From: Bacillota bacterium | GTDB lineage: Bacteria; Bacillota; Desulfitobacteriia; Desulfitobacteriales; Desulfitobacteriaceae | DNA: 64,000 nt | Direction: 5' to 3' | NCBI GenBank assembly: GCA_030706025.1 | Contig: JAUZPJ010000001.1 | Coordinates: 1,122 to 65,121, forward strand | In this document: one piece after another, positions 1 to 8,029 of the stretch | Layout of the letters: each line of letters opens with the position of its first letter | How positions within the stretch are numbered: the first letter of the stretch is position 1 | Notes under the pieces: model-generated | Database searches by the model: none | Seen by the model: only the letters and a program-made list of their open reading frames with translations | Told to the model about the DNA's origin: nothing | Program-made: the position numbers and the translations under genes

Positions 1-1
1 C

Positions 2-922
2 GTGACAGCACCTACAGGAACAATAGCAATAGCTAGTCCTAATATACAGTGGTCAAGTGTAGGTCAATCATCCTACGAGATTCAAATATTGAACAACGTT
101 AGTGCTGTTATTTGGGACACCAACGAAGTAGTAAGTACAAATTTAGCTCAAACTGCAGGAATTGCACTAGCTAACTCGTCCACATTTACAGTACAAGTAA
201 GAATCAAAAACGCAGATGGGTTATGGAGTAACTACGCTACCTCTTCAATTACTACATCCTTCACTCTTCCTGCTGCTCCTACAGCTGTAGTATCAACAAA
301 TACAGGGTATATTAGCGTTAGTGCCTCTAACCCTACGCCAACAGGAAGTCAACCTACAGTTAATGCTAATGACATTTACAGACAAAATCTAGGAGATACT
401 TCTTGGGTAAGAATAGCAGCGAGTGTTCCCGCTAATACAACATATAATGACTATGCTGTTGCTTCAGGTCAAGTCTATCAATATAAAGTAACTGCGCTAG
501 GCACTAACGGGACTTTCTTAGACAGTCCAACTTATCCAGGTTCTTTAATATTGAAGGGTATTTGGCTTCATAACGTTGCTAGTCCTTCAAGCTCTCTTTT
601 AAACATACCCTACAACACAAACAGAAAAGAAACTTGGAAACCAGAAGTTCAATTTATGAAGTTCGCGGGTAGAAAGAACGCAGTATCAGAATTTGGGGAA
701 TCAGAGGACTTAGATTTTGCAGCAGACTTAAAAATGAAGTTGCCTCAGACTACTTGGCTAAGTCTACGCTCTTTAGCTAGAGCCAAAGCTATACTCTGTG
801 CCAGAGATTATCGAGGGCGAAAGATTTTTGGCGTGATTGCTAGTCTTCCAGAGGTTGATGATGATTATGGTCAAACCATTACCCTTGATATAGTACAGGT
901 TGACTACACGGAGGCGGTATAG
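2..922 (+). CDS. Minor tail protein with fibronectin-III/Ig-like repeats (5' partial)
   Basis: Ser/Thr-rich beta-sandwich motifs (WSNYATSS, YNDYAVASGQVYQYKVTALG); runs in from the window edge. Confidence 0.6.
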   Translation: MTAPTGTIAIASPNIQWSSVGQSSYEIQILNNVSAVIWDTNEVVSTNLAQTAGIALANSSTFTVQVRIKNADGLWSNYATSSITTSFTLPAAPTAVVSTNTGYISVSASNPTPTGSQPTVNANDIYRQNLGDTSWVRIAASVPANTTYNDYAVASGQVYQYKVTALGTNGTFLDSPTYPGSLILKGIWLHNVASPSSSLLNIPYNTNRKETWKPEVQFMKFAGRKNAVSEFGESEDLDFAADLKMKLPQTTWLSLRSLARAKAILCARDYRGRKIFGVIASLPEVDDDYGQTITLDIVQVDYTEAV

Positions 923-2029
923 ATGCTATCTTTAGCGCAAGGTATTTATACAGCTTCCCAAGTTGACTCAGCTTTACACGCTGCAAGTAGAGAGGTACAT
1001 TTTCAGTATAACTTACTGGATAGCTCTAACAAATTTAAGGAAACTCTCACAACCGTATTATCTGGTCACGTAGCAAATAACTGCCTATCCAACATAAAAA
1101 GAACTGCAACATTCACTATACTAGATGACCACTCGATAAACTTTCTTAGTGACAGAATACAGCCTTGGCTACTTTTAAAGATGCCTGACGGTAACTTTGT
1201 GCCATTTCCTTTAGGGGTATTTCTTTTATCCTCTCCTAAGCGTAAGACTGACTCATCTCTTAACGTAATCAGAGAGGTAGAGGCATATGATCAGTTACAA
1301 GTTTTAATGGATGATAAGGTCACGGACAGATATACCGTACCAGCCGGAACAAACTATATAACAGCGGTACAGACTTTATTGACTAATGCGGGAATTATCT
1401 CTCAAAACCTAACTACTTGTTCAAGTGTTCTCCCTGTAGCACTAGATTGGGCACCAGGTACACCTAAGTTAACCATCATAAATGCTTTGTTGGGAGCTAT
1501 CAACTATTGGTCCTTGTTCTTTGATGCTTATGGGGTAGCTATTGCTAGACCCTATGTTTTACCGGCTAATAGAGCTGTTGATTACACGTACAAAAATGAT
1601 TCCTTGAGTGTTATATTCCCCGAATTAGAGCAAGACTTAGATTTGTTTGGAATACCTAATAAGTGGGTCATGACGGTTACCGAACCAGATCAAAGCGTAA
1701 TTACCAGCACCTACACTAATACTAATTTAGCTAGTCCTACTAGTACAGTTAGTAGAGGAAGAACTATAGTAAGCTCCTTAACCGATACCGCAGCTGATCA
1801 AGTCACATTAGATGCTAAAGTACAAAGACAGGCATTTCAAGACTCTCAGGTATATGAAACGGTCGATCTAGAAACAGCCATAATGCCTATGCACTCGGAG
1901 AATGACATGTTAAAATTGATATTCTCTCCCCTAGGCATAGGAGATAACTACAATGAAATGTCATGGGAGTTTGATTTAGTAGCCGGAGCTCAAATGAAGC
2001 ATCAAATCAGAAAAGTGGTGAATATCTAA
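923..2029 (+). CDS. Siphovirus-type minor tail / baseplate hub-like protein
   Basis: 368 aa, GGAGG RBS, motifs FPLGVFLLSSP and EVEAYDQL resembling phage tail-tip proteins; tail-operon context. Confidence 0.55.
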   Translation: MLSLAQGIYTASQVDSALHAASREVHFQYNLLDSSNKFKETLTTVLSGHVANNCLSNIKRTATFTILDDHSINFLSDRIQPWLLLKMPDGNFVPFPLGVFLLSSPKRKTDSSLNVIREVEAYDQLQVLMDDKVTDRYTVPAGTNYITAVQTLLTNAGIISQNLTTCSSVLPVALDWAPGTPKLTIINALLGAINYWSLFFDAYGVAIARPYVLPANRAVDYTYKNDSLSVIFPELEQDLDLFGIPNKWVMTVTEPDQSVITSTYTNTNLASPTSTVSRGRTIVSSLTDTAADQVTLDAKVQRQAFQDSQVYETVDLETAIMPMHSENDMLKLIFSPLGIGDNYNEMSWEFDLVAGAQMKHQIRKVVNI

Positions 2030-2268
2030 TGAGGGCAGAGGAGTTATTAGAGATCATTAAAGACCAGGGAAGTAATTCCCCGGTCTTTTTATTAGGCATG
2101 ATCCCTTCCGGATATACCACTGGAAGGCCAACGGTTAAATTTGATGGCGAAAGTACGGCAAGCACTCGAACATATCCCTATCTTAGCAGTTATTCTCCAG
2201 CCTCAAATGATAGAGTTTTACTAGCAGTTGTTGGCCATGGGGCAGTGATTATCGGAAAGATTATTTGA
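2029..2268 (+). CDS. Small tail-associated protein (OB-fold/spike-like)
   Basis: TAATG coupling; motif RPTVKFDGE...YPYLSSYSP..NDRVLL..IIGKI typical of small tail-tip proteins. Confidence 0.5.
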   Translation: MRAEELLEIIKDQGSNSPVFLLGMIPSGYTTGRPTVKFDGESTASTRTYPYLSSYSPASNDRVLLAVVGHGAVIIGKII

Positions 2269-2282
2269 GAGAGGTGGATTAT

Positions 2283-2657
2283 ATGTCTATCTTAGAACAG
2301 TTTGGAAACAGTATGTCTATCAACCCCTCGGATGGAAAACCCCAACCAAATGTAGCCGCTACGATAGTTGGGAGTTTAGCGAACAACCAAACTAACGCTG
2401 TAGTTATTGCAAACACTAATATTTTTACTGCAAATTACACGGCTTCAAGATATTCCAAGTCAGTTTTACAAGTTACGACAAACACATCGGGAGTTTTATC
2501 TCTTGTAGTAGATGGTGCCGCGGGAACTTTAAATAGTGGGATTGCACTTACAGCAAACGCGTGGTATGAGTTTGAGATATCTTTGCTTTCAGGGTCGACC
2601 TACAATCTACAATTATCTGTAGGTGCAATAATGCAGATTAAATGGCAGGTGATATAA
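2283..2657 (+). CDS. Putative virion beta-sandwich protein
   Basis: RBS GAGAGGTGG before ATG 2283 (ORF track starts 2265); beta-rich composition. Confidence 0.45.
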   Translation: MSILEQFGNSMSINPSDGKPQPNVAATIVGSLANNQTNAVVIANTNIFTANYTASRYSKSVLQVTTNTSGVLSLVVDGAAGTLNSGIALTANAWYEFEISLLSGSTYNLQLSVGAIMQIKWQVI

Positions 2658-3759
2658 ATGGGATCACCATTACAGGGTAGTGTTACACCAAGTCAGTTTA
2701 ATTCCTTACAGACTGATGTAAATCCATTGTCTGAAGTAAGGGCTATTAACGCTGATACGCTTAAGGGAATAATTAATACATCATCAACAACGGTGATTAA
2801 TTTTGTAGGCGATAGCATAATGGAGGGTTTAAAAGCTTCACCAAACTTTAAGGACGGAGGTTTTGCTGGATTACTTAGAACATATTTACAGAATAAGTAT
2901 GGTAGCCTTGGCGGTGGATATACCCCCTATTACTACCCATATGGCAGTCCATCCATGATCTTTACTGGTAGTTGGAATTATTATAATGGTTTCGGCACTA
3001 CTAATATTTATGCACAAAGTGTAGCAGGTGCGGGAAGTTCCGTTGAGTTTGATATTAATGGTATTGGGGTTGAAGTTTATTATAGCCAAGGTGCTTTAGC
3101 TGGAACATATGATTTGTATTCGGATGGGGTATTGATTGAATCTGTTGATACAATTGGTTCTGCTAACCCGATTAATTCTCATGTAACAAGGGGATTATCC
3201 GATGGGCCACATCATATAAAACTCGTAAACACTGGTTCGAAAGCGTTATTTTTGCTTGGATTTAGGGAAGTAACATCCAATACTATTGGTGTATTAACTA
3301 ATATGTGTGGTAGGTATGGTACAAAAACAACAGATGCAATTCCAGCAAATTCATTGGCTTGCACTGAGTATTTTAATCCAAATTTAACAATTATAGCATA
3401 TTTGGCAAATGATTCGTCTATTCAGCTTGATATAGCAACTTATACGTCAAATTTACTAACGCTAATTAATTCTGCTCAGAAAAACGGTGGAAAGGTGTTG
3501 TTAATTGCTGACGGCGTTCATTACCCAACGACAACCCCATTGACGGAAATTCAGTACACGAATGCTATGAGAGCCGTGGCAATAAAAAAGGGTTGTGCAT
3601 TTGTTGATATAAATTATGCATGGGGATATGATGGATATATAGCAAATGCACTTTCTTATTTAGGAGATGGCGTACATCCTAGTACCGCAGGTCATGTATA
3701 CATTTATAAAATAATTAAATATATGCTTGGAGAATAGCTTAAACTTCGCTAAAGGCCCA
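2369..3759. repeat. Imperfect 15-bp inverted repeat pair (2369-2383 and 3745-3759) flanking the SGNH cassette
   Basis: TGGGAGTTTAGCGAA vs reverse complement TGGGCCTTTAGCGAA, 13/15 identical. Confidence 0.55.
2658..3737 (+). CDS. SGNH/GDSL hydrolase-domain protein (virion-associated esterase / receptor-binding)
   Basis: Block I FVGDSI, block III LAND, block V DGVHP motifs. Confidence 0.85.
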   Translation: MGSPLQGSVTPSQFNSLQTDVNPLSEVRAINADTLKGIINTSSTTVINFVGDSIMEGLKASPNFKDGGFAGLLRTYLQNKYGSLGGGYTPYYYPYGSPSMIFTGSWNYYNGFGTTNIYAQSVAGAGSSVEFDINGIGVEVYYSQGALAGTYDLYSDGVLIESVDTIGSANPINSHVTRGLSDGPHHIKLVNTGSKALFLLGFREVTSNTIGVLTNMCGRYGTKTTDAIPANSLACTEYFNPNLTIIAYLANDSSIQLDIATYTSNLLTLINSAQKNGGKVLLIADGVHYPTTTPLTEIQYTNAMRAVAIKKGCAFVDINYAWGYDGYIANALSYLGDGVHPSTAGHVYIYKIIKYMLGE

Positions 3760-3843
3760 GAGTAGTTATTAGTGGGTATAAATACCCACAAATTAAGACA
3801 AATGTACTATTGTGTCATATAATTGTCCCAAGGGGATGAGAGT

Positions 3844-4005
3844 ATGGCAACGATCAAGAAAAACTACTCCGTCGATGAAAAAACCTATAATGAATTCGTC
3901 GAAATCGCAGAGACAAAAGGAATTAAGGTTTCACCCTGGATCACACAGCAGATGAAACGGTTTATCGAGGAAGAAAAGGAAAGAGAATCTAAAAAGAAAA
4001 AGTAA
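3844..4005 (+). CDS. Ribbon-helix-helix DNA-binding protein, copy 1
   Basis: MATIKKNYSVDEKTYNEF..., 53 aa; RHH beta-strand pattern; own TATAAT promoter and terminator. Confidence 0.7.
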   Translation: MATIKKNYSVDEKTYNEFVEIAETKGIKVSPWITQQMKRFIEEEKERESKKKK

Positions 4006-4194
4006 AGGCATCCTACGGGGTGTCTTTACTTTATGGGTAATATTGTGTATAATTAAGTAAAGTTAAGTATAATTACTTATTTGTATTCATTCTAAAAAGA
4101 CTGCATAATGGTTATTTATACTCATTAATGGGTATAATCAGAGACAAAGGGAGAATTTTGCCATATAATTGTCCTCAGAGGGGAGGACGGAAGT

Positions 4195-4350
4195 ATGGCA
4201 ACGATCAAGATCAACATAACGGTTGACGAAGATTATTATGCACGATTCCTGAAAATCGCTGAGGAGAATGGAATCAAGACATCAACTTGGATAAGCGCAC
4301 AAATGAAAAAGTTTGTAGATAAGATGGAAGAACCAAAGAGCAAAAAGTAA
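4195..4350 (+). CDS. Ribbon-helix-helix DNA-binding protein, copy 2 (not in ORF track)
   Basis: MATIKINITVDEDYYARFLKIAEENGIKTSTWISAQMKKFVDKMEEPKSKK, 51 aa; GGGAGG RBS; paralog of 3844-4005. Confidence 0.75.
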   Translation: MATIKINITVDEDYYARFLKIAEENGIKTSTWISAQMKKFVDKMEEPKSKK

Positions 4351-4376
4351 GGCACCCTTCGGGGTGCTCTTTACTT
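4350..4376 (+). terminator. Intrinsic terminator after RHH copy 2 (related hairpin at 4006-4032 after copy 1)
   Basis: GCACCC-TTCG-GGGTGC followed by TCTTTACTT. Confidence 0.6.
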
Positions 4377-4561
4377 GTGGAGGAATTGATTATGGATGGA
4401 AACTAATGTATACTAATAAATATAAATAATAATTAATACGTATTTAGAATCATTCTTTAAAGACCCCTTTATCGAACCAAATAAAGAAGATTGTAAACTA
4501 AAAGCAGCTGATCAAAGTTTACAATAGAGAAGCCCCAAGCGTAATGCCTGGGGCTGAATTC

Positions 4562-5389
4562 TTATATCGCTGAATACTTATCATACATGTTCATTTTGGT
4601 TTGCTCATCGAGCATTGCATATCGTTTAGTTGTGTCTGGTCTTGCGTGTCCCAACTCATCCTGGATAAAACCAAGATCGGCACCATTCTTGTAAAGATTA
4701 GTCGCGAATGTGTGACGCATCACGTGGGGAGTGACCTTTGCCCGTAGACCGGATGCTAAACCCATTTGTTTGACCTGTAGCTCGACAGAGCGTATTGAAA
4801 GCCTCTTGCCATAGCGATTAATAAACAAAGCTGGATTTTCATCGGTCCTGGGGGAAAGATAAGCAATCAGACAGAACTTAGCGATTACCGAGAAATGCAC
4901 GAGACGTTCTTTGTTGCCCTTTCCTCGTACCTTTATTCGACGGAAGTTCATGTCTAGATCATCTCGATTAAGCTGGATCATCTCGCTAATCCTCATTCCG
5001 GAAGAGACCAAGAGCTCGAGGATAGCCTGATTTCGGATACTCTTTTCATGGAATCTCAGGCGGTCGAAATCTTCTTTGGTTAATGCCTTAGGAAGCAAAA
5101 CCGCTTCCTTGGGAGTCTTGATTTTGCGCGTGGGGTTCTTCTCTAGGTACTCTTCATCAACTAACCAAGTGTAAAATGCTTTGACAGTGCTTATTTTCCG
5201 AGCTATTGAGTTTTGAGACATATTCTGAAATTGAAGTAAGTATTGACGCAGGTCGTTTGTTGTAGCTTTAACCGTAGGGATATCAAGGTAATTCGCAAGC
5301 TTAACCAGTTCACGTTTGTATTGATCTAAGGTACCGGGTGCCAGTCCATCCAATTTACGGGCTATTAAAAATTCTATGACGTATTTCAT
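4562..5389 (-). CDS. XerC/D-like tyrosine recombinase (no arm-binding domain)
   Basis: Catalytic motifs SGMRISE, GKGNKER, HVMRH, LGH...TKRY; N-terminal SAM-like domain. Confidence 0.95.
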   Translation of the reverse strand: MKYVIEFLIARKLDGLAPGTLDQYKRELVKLANYLDIPTVKATTNDLRQYLLQFQNMSQNSIARKISTVKAFYTWLVDEEYLEKNPTRKIKTPKEAVLLPKALTKEDFDRLRFHEKSIRNQAILELLVSSGMRISEMIQLNRDDLDMNFRRIKVRGKGNKERLVHFSVIAKFCLIAYLSPRTDENPALFINRYGKRLSIRSVELQVKQMGLASGLRAKVTPHVMRHTFATNLYKNGADLGFIQDELGHARPDTTKRYAMLDEQTKMNMYDKYSAI

Positions 5390-5440
5390 TCTCTTTTCGC
5401 TCCTCTTGTTTTTACCGGAGCGTTACCTTACAATACAAGT

Positions 5441-5510
5441 AAGGTGCTTCGGCATCTTGTGATAAGCACTCGTTCTTAGCTGGCAGGCGGAAACGGGTGC
5501 TTTCTTATTT
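5441..5510 (+). ncRNA. Candidate cis-antisense sRNA to the recombinase leader
   Basis: TTGTTT-17-TACAAT promoter (5406-5434); hairpin AAGGTGC-TTCG-GCATCTT; 11-bp terminator-like stem 5464-5502 with T-rich tail. Confidence 0.5.
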
Positions 5511-5687
5511 GAGTACCTTAATAATGTTTTCAACTTTAGTTTTTTCCTCTTCAGATTGATTTTGTTCCCAGGATTTAAACGCCTCCTCCATAATTGCCGT
5601 TTTATCCTTTTTAAGAATTAAAGACCAGGCGGCAATTCTTAATGTCATTTCTGGTTCAAATCTATAAAATGTTCCTTTCTTCGTCAA
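5505..5687 (-). CDS. Small RHH-like regulator upstream of the recombinase
   Basis: GGAGGTG RBS; MTKKGTFYRFEPEM pattern; palindrome TATATCTAGATATA upstream (about 5720-5733). Confidence 0.55.
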   Translation of the reverse strand: MTKKGTFYRFEPEMTLRIAAWSLILKKDKTAIMEEAFKSWEQNQSEEEKTKVENIIKVLK

Positions 5688-5800
5688 TTAATCACCTCCA
5701 CAACATAAATATTACCAAATATATCTAGATATACAATAGGACAATAGTCCTTCTTTTTTTGCCTAAAGTCCTAATATTGCTAAGTAAAGGAGGTATTAGC

Positions 5801-6709
5801 TTGAATTTAGGTCAAATTCGTGATCTTACACTTAAACTTGTAAATAGTTATAGTGCTGATGGAGTACAACTTCCCTTGTCTGATACGGCAGATATTCGCC
5901 TTGCTTTCAACGATTTCCTAAACACCGCGTACAACAAAGCGATCCAGTATGATCCTGTTGAAGCTGTATTCTCAATCACTCAAAATCCAATTCCTAATCT
6001 CCTAAATGTTTATGATTCGTTCAATTTAAAACAACATCTTGACGAAGATATCATCGTTTCCGCAATAGGAGTTAAGGCTTATTATTTTGAAGTAGATCAC
6101 CCTGCAAATGTCTATCTTGAAGAAAATATCAATGGAGTATGGATCAATCTAGCTACAGTAGTGGTTACTGGAATAGCGTCATTCACAGCTTATAGTGGTT
6201 TAATAACTCCATCGAATATAGCAAACACTGTTAGAATGCGCTTCTCAGGTAGTTATCCCTATAACATTAGGAGAACTGCTCTTTATGGGTATACTTTTGC
6301 ATCCTCAGCAGACATACCGAAGTTTCAACCATATATCTCTTATCCGTTACCGAGTGATTATATTCGACTTAATAAGTTGGTTCAGAACTCTGATAATCGA
6401 TTGCATCAAACAATGATTGATTATAGCATTGAGAAACGTTCGTTAGTTATTAACTATTTTTACTCAGGTTCCTTTGATGCTTATTACTTTAAACGTCCAG
6501 ATCCCTTAGTTTTAGATACAGATGTGCCAGAAATTCAAGTACAGAATCACAATTATTTGGCTTATTTCGCGGCTGGTCAATGGTTATTCAGTAATGGGCA
6601 ACAAGCAAATGGTATTGTCCTTTTGAATCTCTTTGACGGGTTCATGCGAGAGATTACTCCTGCGATTGATGAAGTAAATTCGAGTATAGTCAATGCGAAT
6701 AACTGGTGA
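5801..6709 (+). CDS. Head-tail adaptor / tubular tail protein (P22 gp4-like)
   Basis: TTG start after AAAGGAGG (ORF track starts 5759); YPLPSDY and PEI...H..LAYFAA motifs; lies before the stabilisation protein. Confidence 0.6.
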   Translation: MNLGQIRDLTLKLVNSYSADGVQLPLSDTADIRLAFNDFLNTAYNKAIQYDPVEAVFSITQNPIPNLLNVYDSFNLKQHLDEDIIVSAIGVKAYYFEVDHPANVYLEENINGVWINLATVVVTGIASFTAYSGLITPSNIANTVRMRFSGSYPYNIRRTALYGYTFASSADIPKFQPYISYPLPSDYIRLNKLVQNSDNRLHQTMIDYSIEKRSLVINYFYSGSFDAYYFKRPDPLVLDTDVPEIQVQNHNYLAYFAAGQWLFSNGQQANGIVLLNLFDGFMREITPAIDEVNSSIVNANNW

Positions 6710-6740
6710 TAATATTCCCAAAATGCGGTATAATATAGGA

Positions 6741-6808
6741 GTGGGATAGTGATAGCTACACGACAAGCGAGTTTCCTAGCTCGTTTCCCACATTGAATTA
6801 CTAGGAAA
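6741..6808 (+). ncRNA. Structured 5' leader RNA (three-way junction plus pseudoknot) of HNH gene 1
   Basis: TATAAT 6729-6734; GTGGGA/TCCCAC; AAGCGAG/CTCGTTT with loop TTTCCTAG complementary to CTAGGAAA 6801-6808. Confidence 0.6.
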
Positions 6809-6836
6809 AAGAAAACCTTTAGGAGGGTTATTTATT

Positions 6837-7967
6837 ATGTCCGAAATGAAAACATGCACTACTTGTGGAGATGAATTCCCGGTTACCATTGAGTATTTTA
6901 GGAAAAGTAAACGAAATAAAGATGGTCTTAAAAATGAATGTAAAAATTGTTCAAAGGCAAAAGACAAATCATATCGTGAAGCAAACAGAGTAATAATAAA
7001 AGAGCGAAATAGGTTGTTCTATGTAGATAACAAAGAATATATCGATGCTAGGAATAAAAAATATGTTCAATCTAATAAAGAAGCGGTCGCGGAAAGGATG
7101 AGAAAGTATCAACTGAAAAATAAGGAATCTATTTCTAAATATCAAAAACAACGTTACAAACATAACAAAGAATTATTTCCAGAAAAACAGAAATTATATC
7201 GTCTTGAAAATAAAGAATCTATTCGTGAAAATTCAAGAAGGTATCGATTAAAAAATAGGGACACTGAATTGAAAAGGCTTAGTCTTTATCGAGAGAATAA
7301 TAGAGCTTCATTGGTTGAAAAAGGAAGGATATACCGATTAGAAAATAAAGTTATTATTCGCGAAAAGCAAAAGAAACGGCAAATAGAAAACAAAGATGCT
7401 ATTCGTGAATACAGCAAAGAATATCATCGAGTTAACAGGGAATCAATCGCTAAAAAGACTAGGATATACTATCAAGCAAACAGGGATTCGATCATTAGAT
7501 ATGTTAAGAGTTACTACCAAAGAAATAAAGAAGTTATCGCAGAAAAAGGAAAGATATATTACAAAAAGAACAGAGAACATATCGCAAAATACGCCAAACA
7601 ATACGCAAAAGATCATAGGGAAGAATGTTCCTTGCGTGGACAACGTTATGAAGCGAAGAAGCGCAAACTTCCAAGCACTTTAACTATTGAGCAATGGGAA
7701 AATGCTAAGTTATATTTTGGCCACAAATGTGCATATTGCGATGGAATTTTTCCATTAGCTAGGGAACATTTTATACCTGTAGACAATGGCGGAGAACTAA
7801 CTAAAGATAATATTATCCCCGCTTGTAGAAGTTGCAATAGTAGCAAAAACAACAAAGAGGCTATATCCTGGTTTAGGCGTCAACCTTTTTACTCCAAGGA
7901 CAAGGAAGACAAGATACTAAATTACTTATGCTACAAAAACCAAAAACAACAACTTAGTATATTTTAA
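6837..7967 (+). CDS. Free-standing HNH endonuclease with N-terminal Zn finger and long helical repeat region
   Basis: CxxC..CxxC N-terminus; about 15-aa K/R/Y repeats; CAYC..EHFIP..GG..NIIPACRSCN HNH motif; ends QQLSIF. Confidence 0.9.
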   Translation: MSEMKTCTTCGDEFPVTIEYFRKSKRNKDGLKNECKNCSKAKDKSYREANRVIIKERNRLFYVDNKEYIDARNKKYVQSNKEAVAERMRKYQLKNKESISKYQKQRYKHNKELFPEKQKLYRLENKESIRENSRRYRLKNRDTELKRLSLYRENNRASLVEKGRIYRLENKVIIREKQKKRQIENKDAIREYSKEYHRVNRESIAKKTRIYYQANRDSIIRYVKSYYQRNKEVIAEKGKIYYKKNREHIAKYAKQYAKDHREECSLRGQRYEAKKRKLPSTLTIEQWENAKLYFGHKCAYCDGIFPLAREHFIPVDNGGELTKDNIIPACRSCNSSKNNKEAISWFRRQPFYSKDKEDKILNYLCYKNQKQQLSIF

Positions 7968-7978
7968 AAGCTCGAATT

Positions 7979-8004
7979 AAGCACTCCAAAAGGGGTGCTT
8001 TTTC
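7979..8004 (+). terminator. Intrinsic terminator after HNH 1
   Basis: AAGCACTCC-AAAA-GGGGTGCTT followed by T-tract. Confidence 0.7.
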
Positions 8005-8029
8005 TATGCCATGAAAGGACGGTGAAATA

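Noticed and set aside
4030-4480. Additional copies of the TGGG..TTTAGCGAA site (about 4035 and 4465)
   Set aside because: Only weak partial matches in AT-rich DNA.
6837-7967. IscB/Cas9-like nuclease or intron-encoded HNH
   Set aside because: No RuvC motifs. The gene is intergenic with its own promoter and terminator, and the flanking genes are uninterrupted.
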